A DNA stretch of 64,000 bases from Cycas panzhihuaensis (lineage: Eukaryota; Plantae; Cycadophyta): contig CM041465.1 in the NCBI GenBank assembly GCA_023213395.1, positions 217,131,741 to 217,195,740 on the forward strand, written 5' to 3'. Of the stretch, positions 12,150 to 24,214 are shown piece by piece. Under the pieces are notes generated by a model. That model did not search any database, was not told where the DNA came from, and was given only the letters and a program-made list of their open reading frames with translations. The position numbers and the translations under genes were made by a program. The stretch's first letter is position 1; each line of letters starts with the position of its first letter.

Positions 12150-13400
12150 CCCTTGCAATCTTCCATTTTGTGGTCGCTTGAGCCACAGTTACCACATACG
12201 AACGGCTTTTGTTCGTATTCTAACTTCATCGGACATTCAGACTTCCAGTGTCCGAACTGTAGGTAGATGAGGCATCTCCCGATCGGCTGTTTCTTCCTCG
12301 AGGGCTCTGGTGCGCCCCTCGTTGTATACACATTTCGAGGTGGGTTACCTCTTCCCCGACATCGGCCTCTAAATGCTTTTCCCCTGGAATTATAAAAACA
12401 ATCCCTAGTTGTGTGGGTATCCACCTCACATATGTGGCACCACTTCTCCTGTTGGTGCGTCGCACTGTTTTTTAAATTCAACTCACATTCCCGGGTGGTA
12501 TGTGAGTTTTCTTCACAAATATGGCACCACTTAGTCACCCTTCCAGTGTGCTCTTCTTCTTCTTGGTCTCTTCTTCTTCCCGATTATTTCGATTTTCAAT
12601 CGGGCTACCTCTTTCCTCGGTGTCTCCACCGACTCCTCTTACGCTACCCCTACCTAGCGTAAGGGTCGATTGTCTTGATTCTGTTTTCCTCTCGATCTCA
12701 TCTTGCAATCTTAACGAAGGAATCTTGTCCCCGCAGGCATCCATTTCCATCTCGAAATCTAATGCGGATCCTAGGCATTCTTGAATGACTTTAGCGGATG
12801 AGCATGCATCATAGCTCGCAACTTCTCATTCAAATTCCCTCTCACGAAGTAATTCTTCATATTATGATCCGTGATCGTTTGTTGATCATGCTTGCTGATA
12901 ATCTTCATTCGGCTAATGTAAGTTAGGAATGATTCTCCGCCTCTGCTGATTTCAGAATGCGATTTCCACGACTTCATTACTCAAACTTTTGAAATCTCTC
13001 CTCAAATGCTTTCTTAATCTTCCCCATGGCTCATTTTTGTTTATTTCCTTGTACCAAGCCAAGGGTACTCCTCTCAGTGTACAAGCGAAGCGTGCTTTGA
13101 TTTCATCTTCATCCGTAATCTTTTTGACATCAATAAGGTTTTGAAACAAATACACATGCTCTGCTGCGTCAAGTATCATTGAAGGTTAGTTTCCCAAAGT
13201 CTCTATAATCGTCCATTTTGGGAGATTGCAACTTTCCCCCACCTGATGGTGATCTTTCCCCTCCTTCGTCCTTTGGGGATGCACTGGGAGTAACTACCGC
13301 TGCACTATCTTTTCCAAACAACGGATTTTTGAATGGAGTTTTTATGTGTATTAGTTCCACTACACCTGGAACTTGTATCGTTAATGGTGTTACCGTAATG
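12150..13400 (-). pseudogene. gag: Element C gag (retrotransposon gag domain plus four CCHC zinc knuckles), frameshifted
   Basis: FACTLRGVPLAWY..W..LR..LRRDF and ESFLTYISRM..KNYFVRG. Knuckles CHICEENSHTTREC, CHICEVDTHTTRDC, CLIYLQFGHWKSEC and CGNCGSSDHKMEDC. Confidence 0.88.
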
Positions 13401-15458
13401 TAAGATTGATCCGATCCCCTTTCCGTCGAATCTTCAAACAGCTGTCTCGTTAGCTTATTTTCCCAATATGCCGAGGGACCTTCCTCCGCCTTCTTATCGT
13501 GTCCCTAGGTCCTTGCCGTCTCCACCTGTATACTTCCCTCTGTTAGGATCTCTTTATGTTTTTCATCCACCGATGGCTTCCTTCAATCTCCCAAGCTAAA
13601 CAAATCATCTCTCGATTGGTGTCAATACCATGCGTTCGCCATTGATTTCCTCTTCACGAGGTGTCTGGGCTCCACTTGCCTTAGATCCTTCAACGGTGTC
13701 CCTTAGTCTCGTTGTTTTGCGAACTTAACCTCCTCGCCTTCCGAGTTTTGCTTCTTTTGACCATCTCGGTGCCCTTTGTCTACCGGTCTCCTTTTCCTTA
13801 GGTGAAGTATCCTTCCGGGGCTCTTGACCTTGAAGGCCTTTTAGGTGGCATTGGAAGGTCCCCCGCCGCCGGTGGCTTAGTTACGACCGCCATCACTTGG
13901 GCGCCTGTGGTCCTCTCGCCTTTACACATTCTTTTCTTTTTAGAACCCTAGGCCCTGTCCCTCCTCAATGGACGAGGCAACCAACCAATGTTGACTTGTA
14001 GGGGTCTTATTACACTTATAAGACACCCTTGCTCACTTGTCAAGGTTACAGTAGCTATAGTCTAGTTTTAGGACAACATCAACATGGTTATTCATATACA
14101 TTCCACATACATTCCATATAAAATCCACGTAATGGTACACAAGAAGACAAAAATCAATACATACTTCAAAGAAATCATCATCACACACCAAGAATACACC
14201 AATTTCCACGTAACTCTTTCTTTTATTAATTCAATTCAATTACACAAGGGCTAGAATGCATTCTGAGCATTCCAAAGACAGTCCTTTTGTACATATGCGT
14301 ACCCAGATGGTACTTATCACATATTCATACTCCAATCGGCTGTCATGCGTACTGTCTTCTGTACTTTTGCGTACCCGTGATATCCGACTCTCACCCTCGA
14401 GAGTATACAATATGATTGACTCACTCGGCTCTCACACTGGAATGGTCCTCAAAGCACCATTAAATATGTCCCTTTGATGCCTTTTGGATGAAAGGTTATG
14501 ACCCAAAGTCATAACCATACCTTTTTGTTACCAAGGTACCCTTTCACTTTAATCATTAGTTATACACTTTAACTAATGTCTCTTTAGGTCCGTACGTCCG
14601 CACGCACGCGTCCGCGCCTTCCTGTGCCCACCGGTCCTGTCTTGTCATGCGCATGCCTGCTCGCCTGCTCCGCCATCGGTACGATCTGCGTGGTATGTAC
14701 TGCCCGTGCACGCACCGCCATACGCACCTGCACGCTGGTTTTCCACTGTTTCGCCTTGTGCGTACCTCCGTATGGTCCGTACTTGCATTCCTTTGGTCAA
14801 TACAAGCCTGTATTCCGTCTTCCTCAAGGCCTATGTGTCACAATATGTCCCAACAACAGTTTGGCTGTGGCAAATAAGGTGTAGTTACTTATCTGTAAAT
14901 GCCATGGATTTTTGCAAAAATGAAGAAGTTCCTTTAACATATATTTGTCTCTACCATCAGAGAGTATACATTTGATTTTGTTATTACTCTCTAATTCTAC
15001 TTCTGCTTTAAATTCTTTGAAGTGATCAATAACCTTTGATTTGTTAAATAAAAAATAAATTCAAGTATTTTTGGTGTAATCATCAATAAAAGTAAGAAAA
15101 TACTATGCATTATTCAATGACTTTGGTGTGCTAGGATCACAGAGGCCTGAGTGAATCAATTCCAACTTGTTTTGTGTGTACCACACAATTTTTGAGAAAG
15201 GAGTCTTGCGTTGTTTTCCTATCATGCAACTTTTGCACACAAAGAAATTAAAAGACACATTTGGCAACCTATTTACCATTTTAGATTTTTTTAGCAATTC
15301 TAGTTTATCATTAGAGATGTGCCCATGGTTCAAGTGCCAGATTTCATTATCAACATTGCTTGAAACAAGAAGCGAGTTTACATCAGGTGTAGACACAACA
15401 TAGTCTTTTTCAGGCAAGATAGGTGTAAAGAGCAACTTATAAAGATTGTTGCACTCTA

Positions 15459-15534
15459 TCCCTTCTGATATTATAATGTCATTCCTTTTCATATCTTCCC
15501 TTCTGATATTATAATGTCATTCCTTTTCATATCT
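15459..15534 (+). repeat. Perfect 38-bp tandem duplication in B pol
   Basis: tcccttctgatattataatgtcattccttttcatatct occurs twice (15459-15496, 15497-15534). Confidence 0.95.
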
Positions 15535-16347
15535 AAAATAAAGCAATATCTATTTTTATCAAATATGGTTCTCAGTTTCCTTTTGCCTAATTGAGATATT
15601 GAAAGTAGGTTCTTTTTCATCCCAAACATGAAGAGAACATTACCAATTCTTTGTACTTTACCATCGATCCCAATAGCAATTACTCCAATTCCCTCTATGT
15701 GAAGGGGAAAATTATTGCCTAGCTCAATAGATTTATTGAAAGCATATGGTTTTAGAGTTTCAAACTATTCCTTCTTGCTAGTCATATGATTAAGAGCTCT
15801 TGAGTCAACGTACTAGTCTTTTGCTGTTTTGGAGCTAGTAACAAGAGCAATCACGAATGCAGTTTCAATTTCATCTTCTACTGTGCCTTATTCCTTGCTA
15901 TAATGTCTTGCTATATGCTTCCTTCTTTGAATTTCAACACATCTTTCTGGGCACCGATATGGGAAGTGTCCGGACTATCCATAGTGATAACAAACATCAA
16001 AGGGTCAACAATTGCTTGAGAAATATCCAGGTTTTCCACAGTTGAAGTAGATTTTCGAATCTTGTGGGGGTGTAGACCTTGCTTTGTCTCTTCATTCTAT
16101 CTAACATCTTCTATTGCTTGTTGATGGTGTTCAACCATGTGCACGAAAGTTGGGTTGTCCTTGTTCTCTACTGCCTAAGTTGAGCTTAGATACAAGAGCT
16201 TCTTCTACTTCTGCATCCTCTTCATATCTTTTATTTCTTTGTTCTTGACTTAGCATGTGTCCTATGAGAGTTTCAAAAGTCATTTTTGCGGTCTATCCTC
16301 CTTCTGTTAACATGTTGACCATACTGTCATATGATTTAGGCAATTTA

Positions 16348-16650
16348 TTGCACCGATAGGCGCCCTCAGATGACTTCGGTGAGGGAGGTGAGCGATCTCC
16401 ACTCAAGGGTAGAGTTTACTCCCCTTAAATAAATAAATAAAAAAAATGACAAAATGACATGAGCGGACAAACGCGTGGCAAGATGAACAACACAGACATA
16501 AGCGAACAGACGCATGGTAGAATGAACAACAACACAGAAATATCTTCAATTCAACAATCCCAACGCAGTGTTCACATTGCGTACTGTGAAATCTTAATGC
16601 CATAGTGGGGGGTGCCTATCGGTGCTCGCAGACTGTTGAGTCTGCACTAG
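16348..16650 (+). mobile_element. Mini-Helitron-like element, copy 1 (303 bp), inserted in B gag
   Basis: Inserted between A and T with no TSD; removing it restores the gag frame LVLNKLP. Hairpin gcagac-tgttga-gtctgc (16628-16645) followed by a CTAG end. 5' end TTG. 16-bp inverted repeat at 16350-16365 / 16610-16625. Confidence 0.82.
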
Positions 16651-19399
16651 TTTAACACTAGGTGGACCAAGTATGTGTTAGTTATTTTATCTTCACCTGT
16701 GTGAAGATTTTTTTTAATATTATTGACCTTGGCAACAAACTCAGAGACTGACTGGCATTTTCTCATTTTAAGTTTGTATAATTCTTCCATGAGAAAAATT
16801 ATCCTGGCCTCATTTCTTTGACTAAATAGCGAAGTTACTATTTTCCAAATTTCAAAAGATTTTTCAACACCATCTACATATGTCAAAAGTAAATATGAAA
16901 TTGAGAGTTTAAGAATGACAACAACAATATTGTTTCTTTCTTCTTAATTTAACTGATTAACAATATCTGTGGGTTTATTTTCCTCTCCGATTGCAATTTT
17001 CCATGCATGTTGTGCTCTTAGAAGTCTTTCAATCTTAATTTTCTAGATGCTAAAATTGGTTTTTGTTAATTTATCAACATTAGCAAGTGCTATTACAAAA
17101 AAGGCAATTTCAATTTTACTATGACTGAGAATAAACAACTGATAATTGAGTTTGGACCATACGACTGTATAATGTATAAAATTGTATGAAAATTTGTAGT
17201 TGTACAAAATTGAGAAGAGATGGGTGCAAAATGAAGCTCTCAACACAAGGATTATGAATCTAAAATTATTTTTCAAAGAACTCCTTTAGATTGATAAAAA
17301 ATCAAGGTTGAAACTTAGATTGGCGACTAGGGTTTTTGAGAAAAATTGCTTGAAACTTCTAAAATCTTTAATGAAGGCCTTTGAAATTGGTCTTAAAATA
17401 ATCGTATTAATGAATAGATTAATTTGTGACAAATACTCGTGCTCTTTATAAATAGGCCAAAACATCCTGAAAATTTGTTTAACTCTGATCACGCCTTTAG
17501 AGAAAGTTGATGGCCTCTTTATTATGACTTTGTTGGTGAATTTTCAAAGAAATATAAGCACTTTGATTTTTCTTTACTGGTACAGTCTGTATAATGTTCG
17601 TACATGTTCGTACTTATGTGTTTTTGCCCATACTTCGTCTATAATTTGTTTAGATCTTATTTGTATAACACTTTGATTATTGACACTCTCTTTCAGGAAA
17701 TAAGTCTATCAGACTTGGATGCTTTTAGTTTATCTCGGAAACCCTATCAATCTCCTCTTTTAGAATCTTTGTTGGATTCACTTTCAAACAAGCAATTAAA
17801 CCTGCTCTGATACCATGTAGGAAATTTGAATGCAATCCAATTAATGAGGGAGAACCCTCTATAAATGCAGTACAATGGATATAGGATTTGGGCAAGACTT
17901 CATGCATGTCAGCGAGTTGCATGAGATGAGAGGAGGGGGAATGACACATAACCCTCATAATAGCACATTAAAAAGAGGTGTTACAAGTTATAGATAAAAC
18001 ATCACTTTTAACAAAGTTATGGAGTTCTAAGCATTTCCTTCAAACTCTAGAATTCCATCTTGGAACACTCATCGATATTTTGTATTTGTTCTCCATTTGA
18101 AACCTTAAAATTTGAGATAGTTGAAAGGCATTTTAAAGATCAAAATTTTGTAGTTATTTTAGATTTCATAATAGAAATATAATTAATGTTCCCTCTTTTC
18201 TTTGTACATATTCAAGTGGTAAAGTAAGGGCAATAATGTATGCATTGCGTTTCTATGTTTTATGTTTTGATATTTATGATAACTATACGTGTGCTAAGAG
18301 TGGTAATGGATAAAGAGGGTATAATTTTGTGGAGAACTATAAACCAAGATTACTTGAGTGCTATCGAACATTGTATTCTCAAAAGTGTTGGTAACCCAAG
18401 AGTAAGGGTATGATTTTCATGGAGGACTACAAACTTTTCAACAATTAGGGATTCAATGCACTATATCTACATGGAGATTTGATGGAGTGAATTACACATT
18501 GTAGGGAATTTTGAGATTGAAAAATGGATTGTACCCCACCAAGAGGTAATCAATTATTCCCAATATTGGGTTTTGCCCCAATCCTCACTTATACACCCTA
18601 GTTGTTAGGTTCATGAGAGTTGAGTATAGAGGTATTGAAGATGCTAAGAGATAGTCTTATAAAATGATAGAATTTCAAAATAAGATTGATGGATTGGTCA
18701 TCGTTAAGAGAATGAGATCTTGGCTTTTATTTCACATTGGTATTGGTGGGGTGGTACTTGATAGATTATGATATTATATGGCTTGGAAATAGTAGCATAA
18801 ACCAATGGTCATTTACTTCCATGGAGAGGTAGTTGGGGGTAACGTGCATAAGAGTTCCCTATGGTGGTTTAAAGTCACAAATATTAGCACTTTTTAATCA
18901 ATGGTTAGGTTATTTGTGATACACTCCTTGTCTTGTTTGCCTTTTACTTAGTTGTGCACTTTATATGTCATGTAAAATCTTTTGTTGTTTAGTAGTATAT
19001 AGTTAAACATACACTATTTCTGATTCCTAGAAGTAAAGGCAAGGAATATTTAGTCATAGTGATGTTAGAGTTTGGGAGACTCTAGTAAGAGAAGCTATTG
19101 AGCCTAGGCTAATGGCCCATCTAGAAAAGGAATTAAGGAGGCTCATTGAAGTCTTACAGGGGTAGATTATATGCTTGAAAGATAGTTTGGCAAAATTTCA
19201 AAGATGGGGACAACAATATACTCATCAAAATGTGCAATAAGAGGAGGAGGTTTGAGAAAAATTGTTGGGAAACTAATGCGTATCATAAGAGAAAAATAAA
19301 GTTTCATTCCCCTCTTTCATGATTTTCATTGTAATCATTGACTGAAAGGAAAAAGTGATGAAAAGGAATGGAAGAGATTACATAATATTAAACAATTGA

Positions 19400-19849
19400 A
19401 ATATATCAATGTTCTAAATTTTAATGGTAGGGGAATAGGTGCTAAAGTTAGATCCAAGTTTTGATTTGTGAAAAACTATTGCTTAACTTTTGAAGTTGGC
19501 CCTACAAAGTAAGCCACCTTGGCTCTTCCATTCCCTTCAAGGGATAACTCTTGTTTGGTGGAATAGTATCTTAATAAAAGGAGACTAAAATATGAGAGAG
19601 TTTATAGTTGGTTAGGAATGGATGAATCAAATGCTCAAGATGATGCCCTTACTCAAGTGCCTATAATTAGACAAATTGGTTATGTATGGGAATTTAATCA
19701 TAAAATTGAAACATTCTTTGTGAGCATTGTTGACATGCTTATGTCTCATAGGGTACGTTGCTTTATTAGAGGTTTAGAACATCCTAATAAAAATTCTGTA
19801 GTGTTAACTAAATTTATCTCTATTAAAAAAATAATGAATATGGTCTTTG
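19400..19849 (+). pseudogene. gag: Old Ty3/gypsy gag remnant, first part; interrupted by element D
   Basis: FNGRG..LVWWN..IRQIGYVWEFN..DMLMSHRVRCFIRGL resembles a retrotransposon gag domain. It continues at 50277. Confidence 0.7.
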
Positions 19850-20249
19850 TGAAGAAACATCCATATATGTTTTCTTATCTATAGGATCTTTATCATACAT
19901 AACAAGCATATCATCAATGAGCAAAAGTACACAGTACATTGGATTTTACGTAGAAAAACCTTTCAGTTAAAAGTCCACCACAAAAAGATCAATAAATTAC
20001 ATTGGTGATACATTGATGATATTACAATGGGCTTGAGAATCATTTATAATCCTTTAAGCAGTTCATCAAACTCATTGGTTGTGACTCTATAAAATAGTCA
20101 AACCTTTTGGATTACTATTAACTAATCACATTTAATATTAAGCATGTGGCTTAACATTAATCACCATGCTAACATCCCTCCTTAATGTAAATGTGGGGAT
20201 TCAATCTACAATTTGAATTATCATCAATGAATGTTAGAATTGTTCTTGC

Positions 20250-23200
20250 TAATACATCTCATCTCAAGGATAACTTCTCTAAGTTCCAATCTGGTACGAA
20301 TCTTGGTGAATTGATTTTCAATAAATGCTTTGGTGAACGCGTCTGCAAACTGTTTTTCACTTAAATAAAAGTCGACCTGAAACTTCCCTGTTTTGATTTG
20401 TTCAGAAATATAATGGTGCTGGATTTTGATATACTTTATACGTGCATGAAACTCCAGGTTTTTTGATAAATAGATAGTGCTCTGGTTATCGACTAAAATA
20501 ACTAGGGTGTTATAACCTTGCAACCATACAACTTCTCTTGTACCACAATGAGTCCTTGGTACTCTGCTTTTGTAGAAGATAGTGCCATTGTCTGTTGTTT
20601 CTTTGACTGCCATGATACAAATCTATCAACAATATTGAAGACATATATAGTAATAGATTTTTGATTATTAGAGTCTCTTCCCTAATTAACATTAGTGATA
20701 CAACTTTGTTTTTCCATCATGAAAGTATTCCAGACCAAGATTAAGAGATACCTTCAAATATCTCAAAATTAGCTTTGTTGCAACCCAATGTGGTTCTTGT
20801 GGATTTGCATATAATGGGAAGCTAATCCGACAACATAAATAATATCAAGTCTAGTACGAGTAAGATAGATGAGACTCCCTACTAACTATTTATATAGTGT
20901 CGCATTTACAATAAGCTTCTCCATATCTTTTAGTAAGTTTTGTGTTTTTAGTATATGGTGTGTAAATAGGTTTAGAGTCCTCCATCCTAAACTTCGTAAG
21001 TAAGTTCTTTTTGTATTTCACTTGTAACACCATGACTCTATCCTCCATCTATTGTACTTTGATGCCCAAGAAGCAGTTCAACATACTTAGATCTATCATT
21101 TCAAAGGCCTTTTACAAGTTGGATTTGACATTCACAATTGCCTTATGACAATTACTTATTAAGATGAGATCATTCACATACAACACAATTACTACAATCG
21201 AATTTGCAATCCTCTTGATATACAGATTATGATCTAAATCTATAGTAATGAATTCTTCTTTCTTCAACTTTTCACTGATCTTGGTATATCATGCCATTGG
21301 CATTTGCTTTAGACCATAGAGAGATTTATTGAATCGACACACAAACTTTTCTTATCCTTCCTTAACAAACCCAAGAGGTTGTACCATATAAATCTCCCCC
21401 TTTAAGTTTCCATTAAGAAATACAAACTTTACATATATTTGATGTAGCTCCCATCTATATTTAGCTACAAGTGAAAGGGTTAACCAGGCTGTCATTATCT
21501 TTAAGACTAGTGTAAACATCTCATCATAATCAATCACTTCCTTTTGTTTGAATTCTTATATAACAAGATAAGCTTTGTATTTTTCCACCTCACCATTAGA
21601 GTGGAACTTTGTCTTATATACCTACGTGCATCCAAAAAGTTTTTTTTTCAAAAGCAATGTGACTAAATCCCATGTTTTATTTTTCATTAAAGAAACATAT
21701 TCTTTCTCCATCGCAACTCTCCACTTTAGATTCTCTTTCACTTTAGTGTAAGAATTGAGGGTCATGGGAATCTATGGTCTTAACCATTAGAGCTTAATTA
21801 GCATGCCGTCTTCTTATCTTTTGTCCTTTTATTAGATCTCGTAATGTCACACTTGACTCTTTAATGGTCTTTTTGGCCCATACTGGCATTGGGGCATTTA
21901 GTGTCTCACATGCCTCTCCTTGTGACGATTTTTTATTATCTGCATTACTTGGTCCATCTTCCCTTTGTGTAACAAGTTTCTCAACTAGTTGAATCAAGTT
22001 CACATTTATAGAAGTAGACTCTTGTGGAATTGAACCTGGTAGATATAGTAACAATGGTAGATAAAAGACATCTTTAGATGGTGCTCGTTCATTATGATAT
22101 GTCAATGACTTAACAAACTTTGCATTCCAACTAGCAAGAAGTTTCTTTCTCATTAGGGCCCACAATCCATAAGCTTTGCTTGTATCATTGTAACCCACAA
22201 AGATATACTTCTTACTCTTGCAATCTAACTTTTTTTTTTTTTTAATCTAGTATATTAGTATATATTATGCACTCAAAAACTTTTAAATGGTTAATGGAAG
22301 GCTTCCGATCGATCTTTCTTTTTTCAAGAGTTATGCCATAAACTACTAGAGTTGGCTCCCGATTCAAAATATACACTGTAGTTCCAATAGTTTTTGCTTA
22401 GAATATTGGTGGCAAGTTTTTCGCTTGCATAATACTCCTTGCCATCTTCATCATGGTATGATTCTTTCTTTCAACAACACCATTTTGCTATGAGGTATAT
22501 GGGGCTATAAATTCTTAACTTATACCATGTTTCAGACAGAACTAATTGGAGACATTATTGTATTCCTTGTCATTATCACTTCTCAAAATTTTTATTTTCT
22601 TATCATTTTCAATTTTGACTCGAGCTTTCCATTTTTGAGAGCAATTAAACACTGTAGACTTATTCATTAGAAAGTACACCTAGGCTTTCCTGGTGTAATC
22701 ATCTACATACACCAATATATATCGAGCTCTTGAGAATGAAGAGTTGGATAATGGTCCTGTCACATTTTAATGAATAAGTTTTAGCTTTTCCTTGGTTCTT
22801 TAAAAACAATCCCGAGCGAAAAGATATTTGTAATGCTTTTCATATATACACCATTTACAAACACTAATTAAACACAAAACTTTTAGTAGACCTTTCACTA
22901 TATTTAATTTATTCATCAATGACATGCTTTTGAAATTAAAGTGACCCAATCGTTCATACCACAACTTACTTATACTATCTGCGCCAACAACAAAGACATA
23001 TGGTTTATTTTATCTTTGAAACTTCTCAAACAACGAGATCATCTTTGAACTTCTCGGTAGTGATGATAGAAAAATTTTGTTTTGGATCCTTAATATTTTT
23101 AGAGAGCTTAATCTTCATATCATGTTTGTAGACTTCTTGAGTAAACAGAAGATTTTTGAACATTTCAGGTGCATAATACACCTTGTCAAAGTGACCACTT

Positions 23201-24214
23201 GCAACTAAGTCTCTTCCAATACCTTTCATAGGAATAGATCTTGCATTTCCAAGAATGATTTTTGCATCACTGGATGTAGAATTCAACGTAATAAAGTTCT
23301 CCTTACAAAAAGAGATATGCTTTTGTACATTGAATTAAGGATTCATAAGCCCCTTTGTTTGACTGATATAGCAGGAAAAGTCAAAACTTCTATGTAAAGA
23401 GCAGCAACATCCTTTTCTTTATCATCTTAGCTTGTTTTTTGTTGATTTTTTCTTTTGAATCAAAAATTATTTTCCTTGCAACCTTCCTTCTTACAGTAAT
23501 TGCACTTTTCAACAAATTTCTTCTTCTTCTTTTTCTTTCAAGATGTTTCTCTGGCTTTCTGTGTATTTTTTCCCCTCTAATCACCATCTTTCCTTTGCAT
23601 TTTCAAGATTACGGCATGGCTGGATTTAGAATCTTTGAGTATATCATGGTGTTTCAACTTGCCATCTTCGACTATAATGGGATTTTTTAGCGTTTCAAAT
23701 ATTTCACCTTCTCTTACCTCATCTCTGGCATAGATAGTTTGAAAGGTACTAAAAGTAGTTAGTAGATTTAACATAATTATTGCAAACAATAACTCTTTAT
23801 CAATTGAATTTGACTTATTTCTTCTAGCTTGTTTTTTAAATCCATTATTTTATTTAAGTAGGTACTTGTGTTATTTTCACCTTCGACGATAACATTTAAC
23901 AACTCCATCATCAATGCAATTTAATGATTTGATTTCTTTTCTTTAGACTCTTTTAATTTTGTCTAGATTTCATGTGGCATCTCCAGGTTGTGAGCAAGTG
24001 CCCTTTGATTTAGAACTAATGACAACTTCAACAACCTAACAATAGTGAATTGTTTCTCTTGTAACTTCTCTTTTTCTTTTTCATCTATAAGAATAATTGT
24101 AGTATTCTTTTTGATAAAATTTCATAATTGATTTACTATTAAAACAAATTCCATATTCATCTTTTATTCACTAAAGTTATTCCCATTAAAAATCACTTGT
24201 AGCAATTTCTCCAT
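20250..24214 (-). pseudogene. gag-pol: Element D gag-pol (gag, PR, INT, RT, RNase H), many stops and frameshifts
   Basis: MEKLLQVIFNGNNFS (gag start); GYNDTSKAYGLW (INT tail); ELHQIYVKFVFLNGNLKGEIYMVQP (RT); VDNQS..FHARIKYIKIQHHYI..ADAFTK (RNase H). Confidence 0.92.

Larger units (their letters stand above)
9357..14855 (-). mobile_element. Element C: Ty3/gypsy-type LTR retrotransposon lacking RT, RNase H and integrase core, inserted in B integrase
   Basis: LTRs at 9357-10222 and 13989-14855 (~866 bp, tgttg...caaca). Perfect TSD acagt/acagt. Gag, protease and GPY/F fragments on the minus strand. Confidence 0.93.
14861..17100 (-). pseudogene. gag-pol: Element B gag, protease and integrase N-half
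   Basis: WHLNHGHIS..CKSCMIGKQ..LELIHSGLCDP (GAG-pre-integrase/INT); VDSRALNHM (PR-like); LYKLKMRKCQSVSEF (UBN2-type gag). Confidence 0.9.
6914..18013 (-). mobile_element. Element B: Ty1/copia LTR retrotransposon, full-length but pseudogenised; carries element C and mini-Helitron 1
   Basis: LTRs at 6914-7113 (3') and 17816-18013 (5'), ~200 bp. PBS gctctgatacca at 17804-17815 (Met). PPT ccctctttt after 7113. TSD aaatt/aagtt. Domain order gag-PR-INT-RT-RH on the minus strand. Confidence 0.95.

Noticed and set aside
16348-16446. SINE interpretation of the GC-rich head plus A-rich tail
   Set aside because: No Pol III A/B boxes or TSD seen; the insertion continues past the A-tract to a hairpin-CTAG end in both copies.
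16350-16625. MITE interpretation based on the 16-bp inverted repeat
   Set aside because: The right repeat lies 25 bp inside the end defined by the restored host frame, and there is no TSD.
3540-18737. A single old gypsy LTR (pieces 3540-3781, 6719-6913, 18014-18737) ending ttcaca-ttggtatt upstream of the gag relic
   Set aside because: Plausible, but there is no second LTR or TSD in the window to define it.
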